A DNA stretch of 64,000 nt from positions 35,216,001 through 35,280,000 of the forward strand of contig OX597824.1 in the NCBI GenBank assembly GCA_951406725.2, read 5' to 3'. The stretch comes from Octopus vulgaris. Lineage: Eukaryota. The position numbers and the translations under genes were made by a program. Shown one piece after another: positions 25,244-36,262 of this stretch; the first letter of the stretch is position 1; the number at the start of each line of letters is the position of its first letter. A model generated the notes under the pieces. It had not been told where the DNA came from. It saw nothing but the letters and a program-made list of their open reading frames with translations, and made no database searches.

Positions 25244-25552
25244 AGTAATCCCTCGACTATCGCGGGTGTTACGTTCCAAAAGCCCCCACCCCCCGCGATA
25301 GGTGAAAATCCACGAAGTAGAAACAGTACTGTAATGCATATCTTTTTTATTATTGTTATAATTTGTATATATTTGTAGCATGGAAGGTGTTTATAAGCCA
25401 TTTAAGAAACAAACAGAATCGTTAGATTCACTTCAGCATTTAGATTTAATTTGTCAAAATATTTTCGTCGCTTTGAGACCGCGACCTGTTCAAAACTTCT
25501 TGCGGCATCTGAGAAAGTAACAGTTAGTTCGTGATATATACGTACGTATGTA

Positions 25553-25583
<31 letters not shown>

Positions 25584-26316
25584 ATGTATGTATGTATGTA
25601 TGTATGTATGTATGTATGTATGTATGTATGTACGTATGTGCGAAAAAGGCGGCGAGCTGGCAGAAACGTTAGCACGCCGGGCGAAATGCTTTGCGGTATT
25701 TCGTCTGTCGTTACGTTTTGAGTTCAAATTCCACCGAGGTAGACTTTGCCTTTCATCCTTTCGGGGTCGATAAATAAAGTACCAGTTTCGCACTGGGGTC
25801 GATGTAATCGGCTTAATCCGTTTGTCTGTCCTTGTTTGTTCCCTCTATGTTTAGCCCCTTGTGGGTAGTAAAGAAATATATGTATGTATGTGCGTATGTA
25901 TGTGCGTATGTATGTATGTATGTATGTATGTATGTATGTATGTGCGTATGTATGTATGTATGTGTGTACATATATGTATATATTTATATTTATTATATAT
26001 TTATATATATATATATATTTATTTTATTATAAATGAAAAACATTACCATACCCTCGCTTCCCGAGTTTCGTTTTCCATACAGTATGTGCGATTCTTTGTT
26101 TGTTCCTCTACGGTACACTATGTATTTTCTCTTAATATATTATATTTAATGTTATGCAGTGCAGTACTGTACTGTATTTTTAATTATTAATTTATTAATC
26201 TTTAGGCGTGAAAATGCTTGTTTTATCACAAAAATAATTAAAATCTAAAAAATATAAATACCTATCGGTCGCAGAAACCCGCAATAGGTGACCCGCGATA
26301 TGGCGAGTGATTACTG
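25244..26316. mobile_element. Tc1/mariner (Tigger/pogo-like) MITE carrying nested insertions
   Basis: Left end ta|agtaatccctcgactatcgcggg is the imperfect inverse of right end cccgcgatatggcgagtgattactg|ta; TA flanks. Confidence 0.7.
25648..25878 (+). mobile_element. SINE family B monomer nested in the MITE, between (TATG)n tracts
   Basis: High identity to family B. Confidence 0.92.
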
Positions 26317-26623
26317 TATGTATGAAGTTCTCATGAACTATTAGACCTGACACTGTGTACTAACCGGTGTTGTTCAAACGATGAATAGCTTTGCGTAAAC
26401 CATGGTCCGTTTTGTTCTCTTACTTTATTATCATCTTATAATCATATCATAATAATGACTTTTATGACTCGTATTACTATCTCAGTCAATCTAAATGTAT
26501 ATATTTGTCGTTACCTGTCATAAATAGTCTTCTTTTATTTGCAATGTGCATTTTCGTTGATTTTTCATATTTTACCCTTACATTTCCACGTGTATTTTAT
26601 ATTTTCTTTTCGTAACATATTTC

Positions 26624-26674
<51 letters not shown>

Positions 26675-27115
26675 CATATATATATACATACATACATACA
26701 TACATACATACACACATACACACATACATACATACATACATACATACATACATACATACATACATACATACATACATACTATTATTGAGATAAAGTTATA
26801 ACTATTATTAAGTGAGATAAAGTTATAAACAGAGAGCTTGCTAGACTGACTATACATTATGTGTGTCAACATGGCATACTTACCAACAGAATGGAAATGA
26901 CACCCACGGAAGAAGACAAACTTCAGAAGCTGCTTCTTTACTAACGACTCCATTTACAACATCAATAAATATTCTACAACTATACGTAATAGATATCGAC
27001 TACGGAAATTCTATCAACTCGATTGATAAACTTGTTCGAAAACCAAAGCGCCAAAACAATCTCTATCTGCCTAATAAAATCTAATGACACATAATGAATG
27101 ACAGAGTCCACATAA

Positions 27116-27265
27116 GGCGTAGGATTGGCTGTGTGGTAAGTAGCTTGCTTACCAACTACATGGTTCCGGGTTCAGTCCTTTGGCAAGTGTCTTCTGCTAT
27201 AGCCTCACGCCGATCAAAGCCTTGTGAGTGGATTTGGTAGACGGAAACTGAAAGAAGCCCGTCGC
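27116..27265 (+). mobile_element. SINE family A 5' half
   Basis: Head through gaagcccgtcg. Confidence 0.85.
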
Positions 27266-27415
27266 ATATGGTACTTATCTTAAAGACTGGAGAAATGCCG
27301 CTAAGCACGAAACTCTCGCACCTTGAGTTACTCAGTTGCTTCAGCTAAATATTAATAAAATTATACCTATACTCATATTTTGAGTTCTATTTCTTTCTGT
27401 TTTGCATCACCATAC

Positions 27416-27485
<70 letters not shown>

Positions 27486-28438
27486 TAAATTAGAGATAAA
27501 ACCACTATTAGGCAAATCAATACATAAAATTAATTTAAAAATATAAAAGTTAAAATTTAAAAAATTATTAAATAATTTAAAATAATAAATTTTAAATATA
27601 AAAATACAAATATATATATATGTATGTATATTTTTATATTTATATATTATTTTATTTATTAATTTATTAATTAATTATTTATTTATTAATTATTACAAAA
27701 CCTCGCTAAGATAAGTATTTATTTATATTTAAGATCTTTAAATTGTAAATTTTATTATTTTATAAGTCTTTGGTGTAATAATATTTTTTCTTATGTAAAT
27801 ATCGTTGTTTATGTAATGATCTAATTATCGTAATTTTCTATATTATTAGATATTAAATTTAAGTTTATTCGTAAGATATTACTTAGCGATAGTTTTGTTG
27901 TTTGATAGCAAGTATACGAGTTGTCTAAAGTTAGGTTTATGTATATACATGTATTAATAGTATTAATTGTAGTTTTAAATTTCTAAATAATTAAAATTAG
28001 ATAAACTTAGATATGTTTCGACCAAAGATTGGTCCAGGCCATGTCTAACTTAATAGCATAACTTAGTTATTGTCTTTTTAAATTGATATTCGCTAGTTTA
28101 TTACCATTGATAAATATATTTATAGTATTTATTCGATACTATATAACTACGAATTGATTTTTCTATAAGTATTTTAAATAAGATTTCCGAAAGTTCTTTT
28201 AAGTTTGTTTGTTTGTATTTTTGAAATTAGCTATTTCATCTTTAAATATGAAAAATTAATTTATTAGGTCTTTATTATATGTGCATATATATTTATTTAT
28301 AGAGATTATTTTAGATCTTAATTATAATATTTATATACATTTATATATTTTCATTGATAATTTATATATAATAGTCATGTGTACCGTTGGCGACTTTTGT
28401 TCTCCGTCTTCCCTTCTCTGGATCTTTCCTTTTCCTAT

Positions 28439-28473
28439 GTTTCTGACGAAGAGCTCCGCTCGAAACGTTAAAC
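28439..28473 (+). ncRNA. Minimal type I hammerhead ribozyme motif
   Basis: GUUU-CUGACGA-A-GAGC(UCC)GCUC-GAAAC-GUU-AAAC; stem I GUUU/AAAC, palindromic AACGUU in place of stem III. Confidence 0.7.
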
Positions 28474-28673
28474 CCTCCTTCTTCCCTTCCTTCCTGAGCG
28501 TCCAATAATACTATATTTGTTCCACGTCCTCGCGTTGTTGTGTTTTCTCTTTGTGTTTTCATGTCTGGATTAACTATATATATATATATATATATATCAG
28601 TATGTTGACCTCGTGAGACCACTTGCATTTTTTTCCCTCTGTCCTCCCACCTCGGGATCTTTCTTTCTCCTAT

Positions 28674-28708
28674 GTTTCCGACGAAGAGCTCCGCTCGAAA
28701 CGTCATAC
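28674..28708 (+). ncRNA. Second minimal hammerhead motif (U4>C variant, GUC site)
   Basis: GUUU-CCGACGA-A-GAGC(UCC)GCUC-GAAAC-GUC-AUAC. Confidence 0.55.
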
Positions 28709-28802
28709 CCTCCTTCTTCCCCTTTTTTCCTGAGCGCCTAATAATACTTTAATTGTTCCACCTCCTTGCGTTGTTGTCTTTTTTGTTTTCTTGTTTGGAT
28801 TA

Positions 28803-28864
<62 letters not shown>

Positions 28865-29162
28865 TACGTACATACATGCATATACATACATACATACATA
28901 CACACACACATATAAATATATATATATACTAGCAGTAAAACCCGTCTTTGATCGAGTATTATTATATTATATAATTTATCCCCCACCCCCGTATGCGTGT
29001 ATCTTTAGAGGAGAAAACCATGTAATAATTGAAGTAGAAGAAAGAGCAATATGGTACATGAACTTGTGTTTGTTTATGATATGACAATAATAAGAGATTT
29101 GTATGTGTTATTTTACTTATCCATACAGTAATGTCAATGATATAATATTTTTTATAAGAGAA

Positions 29163-29560
29163 AGGCAGCGAGCTGGCCGAAACGTTAGCACGCCGGGCGA
29201 AATGCTTAGCGGTATTTCGTCTGCCGTTACGTTCTGAGTTCAAATTCCGCCGAGGTAGACTTTGCCTTTCATCCTTTCGGGGTCGATAAATTAAGTATCA
29301 GTTACGCACTGGGGTCGATGTAATCGGCTTAATCCGTTTGTCTGTCCTTGTTTGTCCCCTTTGTGTTTAGCCTCTTGTTGGTAGTAAAGAAATAGGCGAA
29401 ATGCTTAGCGGTATTTCGTCTGCCGCTACGTTCTGAGTTCAAATTCCACCAAGGTGGACTTCACCTTTCATCCTTCCGGGGTCGATAAATTAAATATCAG
29501 CTGCGCACGATCTAATCGACTGGATCCCTCCCCAATTTCGGCCTGGAGTAGAAAAGAATA
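29163..29560 (+). mobile_element. SINE family B tandem dimer within one TSD
   Basis: Second unit restarts at 29396; ttttataagagaaa on both flanks. Confidence 0.88.
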
Positions 29561-29814
29561 TTTTTATAAGAGAAAAACATATAATAATTGAAGTAAGAAG
29601 AAGATTGTTTTTATATATGAAGTTCTGTTTGTTTATTACATGATAATAAGTGAGATGTGTGTGTTATTTTATTTATCAATTCAGTAATGACAATTATATA
29701 ACACAGTTCGTTGAAATAGGTAGTTTAGTCATTCTTGAATATAATGATAGTAATGGTAAATGAAGTTATTGAAGACTTCTGGAAGTTTATTCAATAGGAT
29801 ATTATTAATGGTAT

Positions 29815-30206
29815 GGAGGCGCAATGGCCCAGTGGTTAGGGCAGCGGACTCGCGGTCATAGGATCGCGGTTTCGATTCCCAGATCGCGGTTTCGATTGTG
29901 AGTGTTTATTGAGCGAAAACACCTAAAAGCTCCACGAGGCTCCGGCAGGGGATGGTGGTGATCCCTGCTGTACTCTTTCACCACAACTTTCTCTCACTCT
30001 TACTTCCTGTTTCTGTTGTACCTGTATTTCAAGGGACCGGCCTTGTCACTTTCTGTGTCACGCTGATTATCCCCGAGAACTACGTTAAGGGTGCACGTGT
30101 CTGTGGAGTGCTCAGCCACTTACACGTTAATTTCACGAGCAGGCTGTTCCGTTGATTCGGATCAACCGGAACTCTCATCGTCGTAACCGACGGAGTGCTT
30201 CCATCC
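29815..30206 (+). mobile_element. SINE family C, full length
   Basis: TSD attaatggtat at 29804-29814 and 30207-30217. Confidence 0.92.
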
Positions 30207-30217
30207 ATTAATGGTAT

Positions 30218-30460
30218 GTAGAAGAAAATTTTCTGGAGCCAGGATAGCTCTGTCACCGATGTAATCTGTATTGTTGTAATTATGAAGAAGATTAAGAAAG
30301 GTTTCATACATCAAATCATCGACGGAATCAGTTGAATTATATATTGCATTGAGTGTAAGAAACTGTTCTTCATCAATTGGAACTCTCCCTTCACTGAGTT
30401 TCAAAAGCTGCACTGCAAATAGTTCAGCTGACTGATCTCTTAAAAGCGTCGATCTCATAT
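30218..30460 (-). pseudogene. Diverged duplicate fragment of the Helitron helicase
   Basis: SAELFAVQLLKLSEGRVPIDEEQ...NLLHNYNNTDYIGDRAILAPEN parallels about 31870-32105. Confidence 0.85.
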
Positions 30461-30674
30461 AATAATTGAAGTAGAAAAGAAATGAGCTTCATATATGAAC
30501 CTCTGTTTGTTTATTATATGACAATAGTGAGTTTTATTTTTTATTATATTTATCAATACAGTAATGGCGATTATATAATACAGTTCATTGAAATAGATAA
30601 TTTAGTCATCTTGAATGTAATGATAGTAATGGGAAATTAAGTTATTGAAGTATTTATGTTGCATTAAGAGTGAA

Positions 30675-32490
30675 TATTTCTTTATAAACAATGTTTTGGA
30701 TCTTTTCCTTTTGAACGGCAGACAATTTCTAGTTAACTAAACACTTTAAAACTTCGTATACTGGTAGAATGTGTCAAAATAAAACATTTTTTTCTCTTGG
30801 CTTTCTTGAGAAAATTGTAATTTGTTTGTTTAGCGTAGTTTAATTTTTCGAATTTTAACCAATCCTATGCTCTCTTTTGAGCTAAAATCATTTGCTGCGT
30901 CTAAAACTGAGACAACATCCTGTAACTAACCCTAAACCTCCCCCTAACCCTAAATTTTTTTCTTAATTGTTAAATTAATTTAATTGTTACGCGTGTAAAA
31001 AAAACTAAAGCAATGGAATTAAAATTAATTTAACAATTAAGAAAAAAAAATTTAGGGTTAGGGGGGAGGTTTAGGGTTAGTTACAGGATGTTGTCTCAGT
31101 TTTAGACGCAGCAAATGATTTTAGTTGAATGGAGGTAATCGATTGGTTAAAATTGCCGAAATGCGCGGATTTTCCGACGAAATATCTTACAAACTATAGA
31201 ATTTTCTCAATAAAACCAAGAGAAAATGATGTTTTATAAACACATTCTACCAGTATACGAAGTTTAAAAGTGTTTAGTTAACTAGAAATTGTGTTGACAT
31301 CTGCTGTTCAAAAGGAAAAGATCCAATGATTTGTTTTTTTTTCGGAGTGCATAAGCAAAAAGATTTGCTTTTGCTCCCACACATGATGCTGCTACATAAA
31401 GTTGACCATGTGAAAAGCATGGTTTTTGAAGTTGCAATCCAGCAACTTTTAGTGTTTGGCCATGACTTGTATTAATGCTCATGGCAAAAGAAACTCGGAT
31501 AGGAAACTGTAACCGTTTGAATTGGAATGGGACATTAGATGGCATAACTGGTATGCGAGGAATGAAGGCGGTGTCACCTTTACCACAACCAGTGAGAATA
31601 TTTGTCTCAATGCAGTTCCTCATAACATTGTGCACAATTAACCTTGTACCATTGTATAATTATGGTTGAAACAAATTATGCAATAGCATAATAGGAATCG
31701 CTTTTTTCAGCTGAAGACAATGAAGAGCTATATCTGGTGGTTCTAATGAGTTCAAATATTCGATGGGGTAGTTAACACTATCTTGATCATCAAATACACT
31801 GCCAATTGAGTTATAAGTGAATATTTCCCCCGGGAGCTTATTCAATAGCATATTATTGATGCTATGTACTGCAACATTTTTAGGAGCGAGAGTAGCTTGC
31901 TCACAGATCCAATCTGTGCTGTTGTAATTATGAAGAAGATTAGGAAAGATTTCATCCACCAAATCTTCGACGGAATGAGTTGAATTACATAATTGGATTG
32001 AGTGTAAGAAACTGTTCATCAATTGGACGTCTCCCTTCACCGAGTTTCAACAGCTGCTCTGCAAATAGTTCAGCCGATTGATGTCTTGAAAGACACGATC
32101 TCATGTTTGTTGAAAGTTGAAGTGTTTTCACATGATGCCATAATACAGAAGACTTTATTGAAGCATTGAGCTCATCCACTTTTGTTCCCCTTGGAATAGT
32201 TGGTAGTGTTTGTCGGAAGTCTCCTGACAATAATACTGTGAAATTTTCCATCATGGAATTGCAATTTCTGTCTCGTAATGTTCTGTTAATAGCTTCAAAA
32301 GTTTTTTTGTGGCCCATGGTACATTCGTCCCAGACAATTAGGTGACATCTTTGTATTAGCTCACCCATTGCAGAATTTTTTTAGATATGTTACAAACTGG
32401 ATCTTGTTTGTTAGATAAATCTAAAGTCCGACCTCCGGGTAGTAATGTTGCTGCAATCCCAGAAGTAGCAGAAGCTAAAGCTATTTTAAA
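30675..32490 (-). pseudogene. PIF1-family (Helitron RepHel-type) helicase pseudogene, split by a MITE
   Basis: SGIAATLLPGGRT, LIVWDECTM, LLSGDFRQTLP, LSTNMR, LAPKN, YPIEYLNSL, IPRIP, FKRLQFPIRVSFAMSIN..HGQTL, CFSHGQLYVA; terminal NIVYKEIF lies beyond the MITE; frameshifts, and Walker A not seen. Confidence 0.92.
30698..31324. mobile_element. Second copy of the GGATC fold-back MITE, opposite orientation
   Basis: TIRs ggatcttttccttttgaac; 8-bp TSD aatgtttt (30690-30697) / aatgattt (31325-31332). Confidence 0.92.
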
Positions 32491-33360
32491 TAATTGAAAT
32501 AACGTAACCACCTTGGAGCGGTGCTGGGGTGACCGTTCCATCTTCATTGAATAATTTCACTATTCTATTCTTTCACGTGTTGATTGTCCCCGCATGTGTG
32601 TATTGTCCCATCTATGTTTAGCCCCTTGTGGGTAATAAAGAAATCTGCGGTTTTTTTGTTGGTTGTTTTCTACTGCTTTGCAGCGGTTTTGTGCAATAAC
32701 GCCACCATTGTTTGGTGAGCGTTGCTGAGATGGAGAAAATGAAGATATGTGCGACAGCGGCGGGGAGTCGGGCTTCCGTCGTCCCGGGCCTGCTAAAGCA
32801 GTGCGAAATGCCGACACGCAGACGGGTGAACACAGACATACAGCTGCAAATAAATGTACAAGAACGGACACATGATGGTGCAGAGTAACAGAAAAAAAGG
32901 AAGAACAGTCATACAGACGCAGGAGGAGCACAGGAGCAGAATATAATTGATAACATATCGGTCGACACAAAATATAGAAAGGAAAATAACTGAAATGAAA
33001 GACATTGTTAAAGTGGACCTCTCGGAGGGTTACGATAAAGAGACGAGATGGATTTTAATGGTAAAAGATAAGTATAGAAAGTTAAAAGAGGCTTTCCCAT
33101 CAGATATAAGCCCACTGGGGCCCGAGGTGAATTTCGAACCCAACGATCCAGGGGTGAACTATGAGGAAATTAAGAACTATATAAAATGGTAAGTAGAGTT
33201 TTATTTTGAAAAGAACTGTTGAAATAATTGAAATAACGTAACCACCCCGGAGCGGGGCTGGAGTGGCCGTTCCATCTTCATTGTATAATTTCACTATTCT
33301 ATTCTTTCATGTGTTGATTGTTCCATCTATGTTTAGCCCATTGTGAGTAATAAAGAAATA
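32485..33360 (+). mobile_element. Non-LTR-element remnant with directly repeated 3' end (about 32485-32643 and 33220-33360)
   Basis: Both repeats run aataattgaaataacgtaaccacc...ctatgtttagccc(c/a)ttgtg(g/a)gtaataaagaaat. Confidence 0.65.
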
Positions 33361-33379
33361 TTTCACAGACTTTAAAATA

Positions 33380-34400
33380 AATCACGACTTACCACTTCAT
33401 CTTCTCCTTTTCGTCCACATAATTCACCCCCGAAGCGCGAGGTTCAACCTCCGACCCCAATGGATTCACTCTTTCATAATGTCTTTCAATTTTGAAATTC
33501 TTTTAACTTTTGGGTGTCCTATTTCCTTTAAAAATCTTGCTTCTGTTTTATGTCTTGCGTGTTTGTATTTTTTGTCTGTATTTCTAGTAATTCTTGGCTT
33601 TCCTGTGATTGTGTCTGTGTGTCCGTGTGTTTGTGTATTTGTGTGCCTGTGTGTTCGTTTGACTGTAATTCTGTGTGTTTCGTCTGTATGTCTATGTTTT
33701 TAGGTTTCCGTAATTCTGAGTTACCTTGTATCTGTTCGTCTATACTTCTGTGCTTTTGCATGCCTGTGTGTTTGAGTGTCTGTGGGTCTGAATGTTTCTG
33801 TACTTGTAAGTCCTTTACAGGTGATCCTACTGGTGAATCTTCCCCGAGTCTCGCCGTAGGTTGCCTCTTCCATTGCTTTGTATTTTTTCACTTCCACTAT
33901 CGTTGGTGACTTCCTCCTTTCTCTTTTTCTTGCTTTCACCTCCGCAAAATTCCCGTCTTGTTCTGTTATCTGTTTCTGCTGTTTTTCCACCATTATATTC
34001 TCCTGAATACTCTCCTCTACAGTTTCCACTGCTGCTCTAGGGCATTTGTTTCTTAAGTGCCCTCTTTCACCACATTCGTAACACTTTGGTGGGGTCACCC
34101 CTCAAACGTTATCTCCAGCTTTTCTTCATTTGGTAGCTCTAAAGTTTCGGGTATTTTGTTGTAATATTTCGGGATCACTGCATAAATTATCTCTAATCCA
34201 TAGCCCCAACACTTCACTTGTTGGGTTCGGCTTATCATGCCCATCTTCACGTCTTCGCTTTCCTTCCTTATCTCCGAATAAAAAAATTGCGGCTATTATC
34301 CACTCTGGGTCTATTCACGGTGGGATTCTTCCCACCCCAATTCTGACAATACTTTTGTCCAAACATAACTTCTCATTTTTCTGTGGCTTCGCACAAAAAA
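33380..34400 (-). pseudogene. LINE ORF1 (gag-like, CCHC zinc knuckle) remnant, Tx1-like
   Basis: CYECGERGHLRNKC = CX2CX4HX4C; upstream VRIGVGRIPP; frameshifted. Confidence 0.7.
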
Positions 34401-34432
34401 ATTCAGCCAGAGTTCTTCAAAAAAAAAAAATT

Positions 34433-34588
34433 GTTCGGCTAGAGGTGGGGCTGCCAAATTCCCGTTTGAAATGTATAGTTGTGAGATTTACAAATAGTAA
34501 TTTTCTAATTTATAGATCAGTGACTAGTTGTCACTTTGAAAACTATATATTTCGAACGGCAATTTGGTAGTGCCACCTCTAGCCGAAC
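34433..34588. mobile_element. Small MITE-like inverted repeat (about 48-bp arms)
   Basis: gttcggctagaggtggggctgccaaattcccgtttgaaatgtatagtt versus aactatatatttcgaacggcaatttggtagtgccacctctagccgaac, about 6 mismatches. Confidence 0.75.
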
Positions 34589-34596
34589 GATTATTC

Positions 34597-34637
34597 TGTG
34601 CTGATGAAGGGAAATAACCCGGAAATCGCGATACATA
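34597..34637 (+). ncRNA. Minimal type I hammerhead ribozyme motif, second family
   Basis: UGUG-CUGAUGA-A-GGG(AAAUAA)CCC-G-GAAA-UCGCGA-UA-CAUA; stem I UGUG/CAUA, palindrome AUCGCGAU. Confidence 0.6.
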
Positions 34638-34659
34638 AATCACGACAAGCTCCACTGGC

Positions 34660-34808
34660 ACTGGTGTGCAGTCAGACGGACTTGTTGATTGTGTCTACCG
34701 GGGGTTTGTACTGTTTGTCAAGTCACAACAAGGACATCAGACAGACAGACAGTACTTTACGCAATATGCGTGCAGTTCCAAGTAATGCCGACTTTTGCAA
34801 TACACCTA
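34660..34808 (-). pseudogene. R4/Dong-like RLE LINE C-terminus and 3' UTR fragment
   Basis: LQKSALLGTARILRKVLS; abuts (ATT)n. Confidence 0.7.
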
Positions 34809-34820
34809 TTATTATTATTA

Positions 34821-34877
<57 letters not shown>

Positions 34878-34889
34878 ATTATTATTATT

Positions 34890-35444
34890 GAGTGAGAGAG
34901 CAGTTCATGCCATCAAAGTGACACTGGGGTAAAATATACGAAGCCCAATATACCCATCATGGCTACCCGTCTGATAAGGGTACACCAGGCACATGCATCA
35001 CAACCATATGTGCGCGACATGGTGATCTCATATCAAGATAAACAGCACATGACCTTGCAGGTGGGGCCCAGTTAGAATTTTCTTCAGGTTGAGTAGCCCA
35101 TCCTGCTCAAAAGGTCCCTGAATAAGGGTTGTTTAAGGATGTTGAAAGAACCACCCATGTTTCCAGAGGTGAATTATTCAAACCCCAAAGAATCCCTTTC
35201 AACACATGGCTATGATGCTCCCCCACTACTTCTGCTCGTGATCAGAGATGCACATATCGTCAGCCACTAAGGGACATGGTCAACTGGTTAAAGTCAAACA
35301 ACTAACAAGCAAATCTGTGGTATTGAGCAGAATATTTGCTGTAGCCCATCTTTTATACCAAGACAAAACAATGTACATGATAACACTTCCAATCAGTTAA
35401 GATCAGAAGCCATGAGAGCCACTGCCTGGTACTGCATCAGGGCA

Positions 35445-35445
<1 letters not shown>
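34890..35445. mobile_element. Unclassified 556-bp insert bounded by (ATT)n tracts
   Basis: Complex, higher-GC non-coding block with sharp edges in an ATT microsatellite. Confidence 0.5.
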
Positions 35446-35483
<38 letters not shown>

Positions 35484-35494
35484 CGTTATTATTA

Positions 35495-35550
<56 letters not shown>

Positions 35551-35579
35551 TGTTGTTGTTGTTGTTGTTGTTGTTTTTG

Positions 35580-35637
<58 letters not shown>

Positions 35638-35641
<4 letters not shown>

Positions 35642-36160
35642 TTAACCGATTTATCTATGCATATGTCACATCTCAGCTCCTTCCTACAGCTTTGAAACGC
35701 ATCACTTTCGTCAACACATGAGCTATTCCAAGTATTACTAGTATCTAAATACTTCCTATGAAGTTTAGTGCTCCGATCACAATAGGTACCACACTCACGT
35801 TTGAGGCTCTAAGGATTCTTTTAATTTCCTATCCTAAGTCTTGGTACTTCCCGACCATAACAATATATTCGTTTGCAGGTATCGCTACGTCGATGCAGAT
35901 CTATACTTTGGACTCCTTCTGTAGGAGAGTGATATCTGGCCGGTTATGTTGCAGTTTTTCGTCTGTATATATTGGCACATTCCATATGAGTCCCACCTGA
36001 TCATTTCCTGCTACTGTCAAAGGTTGGTGCTCATACCACTTGTTGGAATATTCTAGCCCATACTTCTTGCACTTCTCTCAGTGCATTCTTTGTCATAGTG
36101 TTTTTTTAAAAATTTGTCTTCCTTTTGGGCTAGTTTTGAACATCCACTAATTACATTATT
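35638..36160 (-). pseudogene. R4/Dong-like LINE 3' fragment (RLE domain)
   Basis: LIWNVPIYTD...HNRPDITL...VACD-like, VVPIVIGAL, VILGIAHVLTKVMR; ends in (TAA)n. Confidence 0.8.
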
Positions 36161-36191
36161 ATTATTGTTATTGCTGTTATTATTATTATTA

Positions 36192-36257
<66 letters not shown>

Positions 36258-36262
<5 letters not shown>

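Larger units (their letters stand above)
28376..28810 (+). mobile_element. Tandem pair of about 235-bp hammerhead-containing units separated by (TA)n (Penelope pLTR / retrozyme-like)
   Basis: Two diverged direct repeats sharing ggatcttt...cctatgtttc(t/c)gacgaagagctccgctcgaaacgt...ttcctgagcg...tggattaact, each ending in (TA)n. Confidence 0.75.
28929..32490 (-). mobile_element. Decayed 5'-truncated Helitron (helicase, repetitive 3' region, CTAG end) with nested SINEs and MITE
   Basis: Minus-strand CTAG|T at 28929-28932 with imperfect hairpin acccgtc-ttt-gatcgagt; three related ataattgaagta subrepeats (about 29023, 29581, 30460); helicase upstream. Confidence 0.8.

Noticed and set aside
28005-28050. 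Minus-strand GACCA/UGGUC-GAAAC hairpin as a hammerhead
   Set aside because: No recognisable CUGANGA core.
29815-29890. tRNA-like sequences with A/B boxes
   Set aside because: They are SINE heads continuing into shared bodies with TSDs; no proper cloverleaf.
31282-32547. Functional host PIF1 gene
   Set aside because: Intronless, frameshifted, missing Walker A, interrupted by a MITE and linked to a Helitron 3' end.
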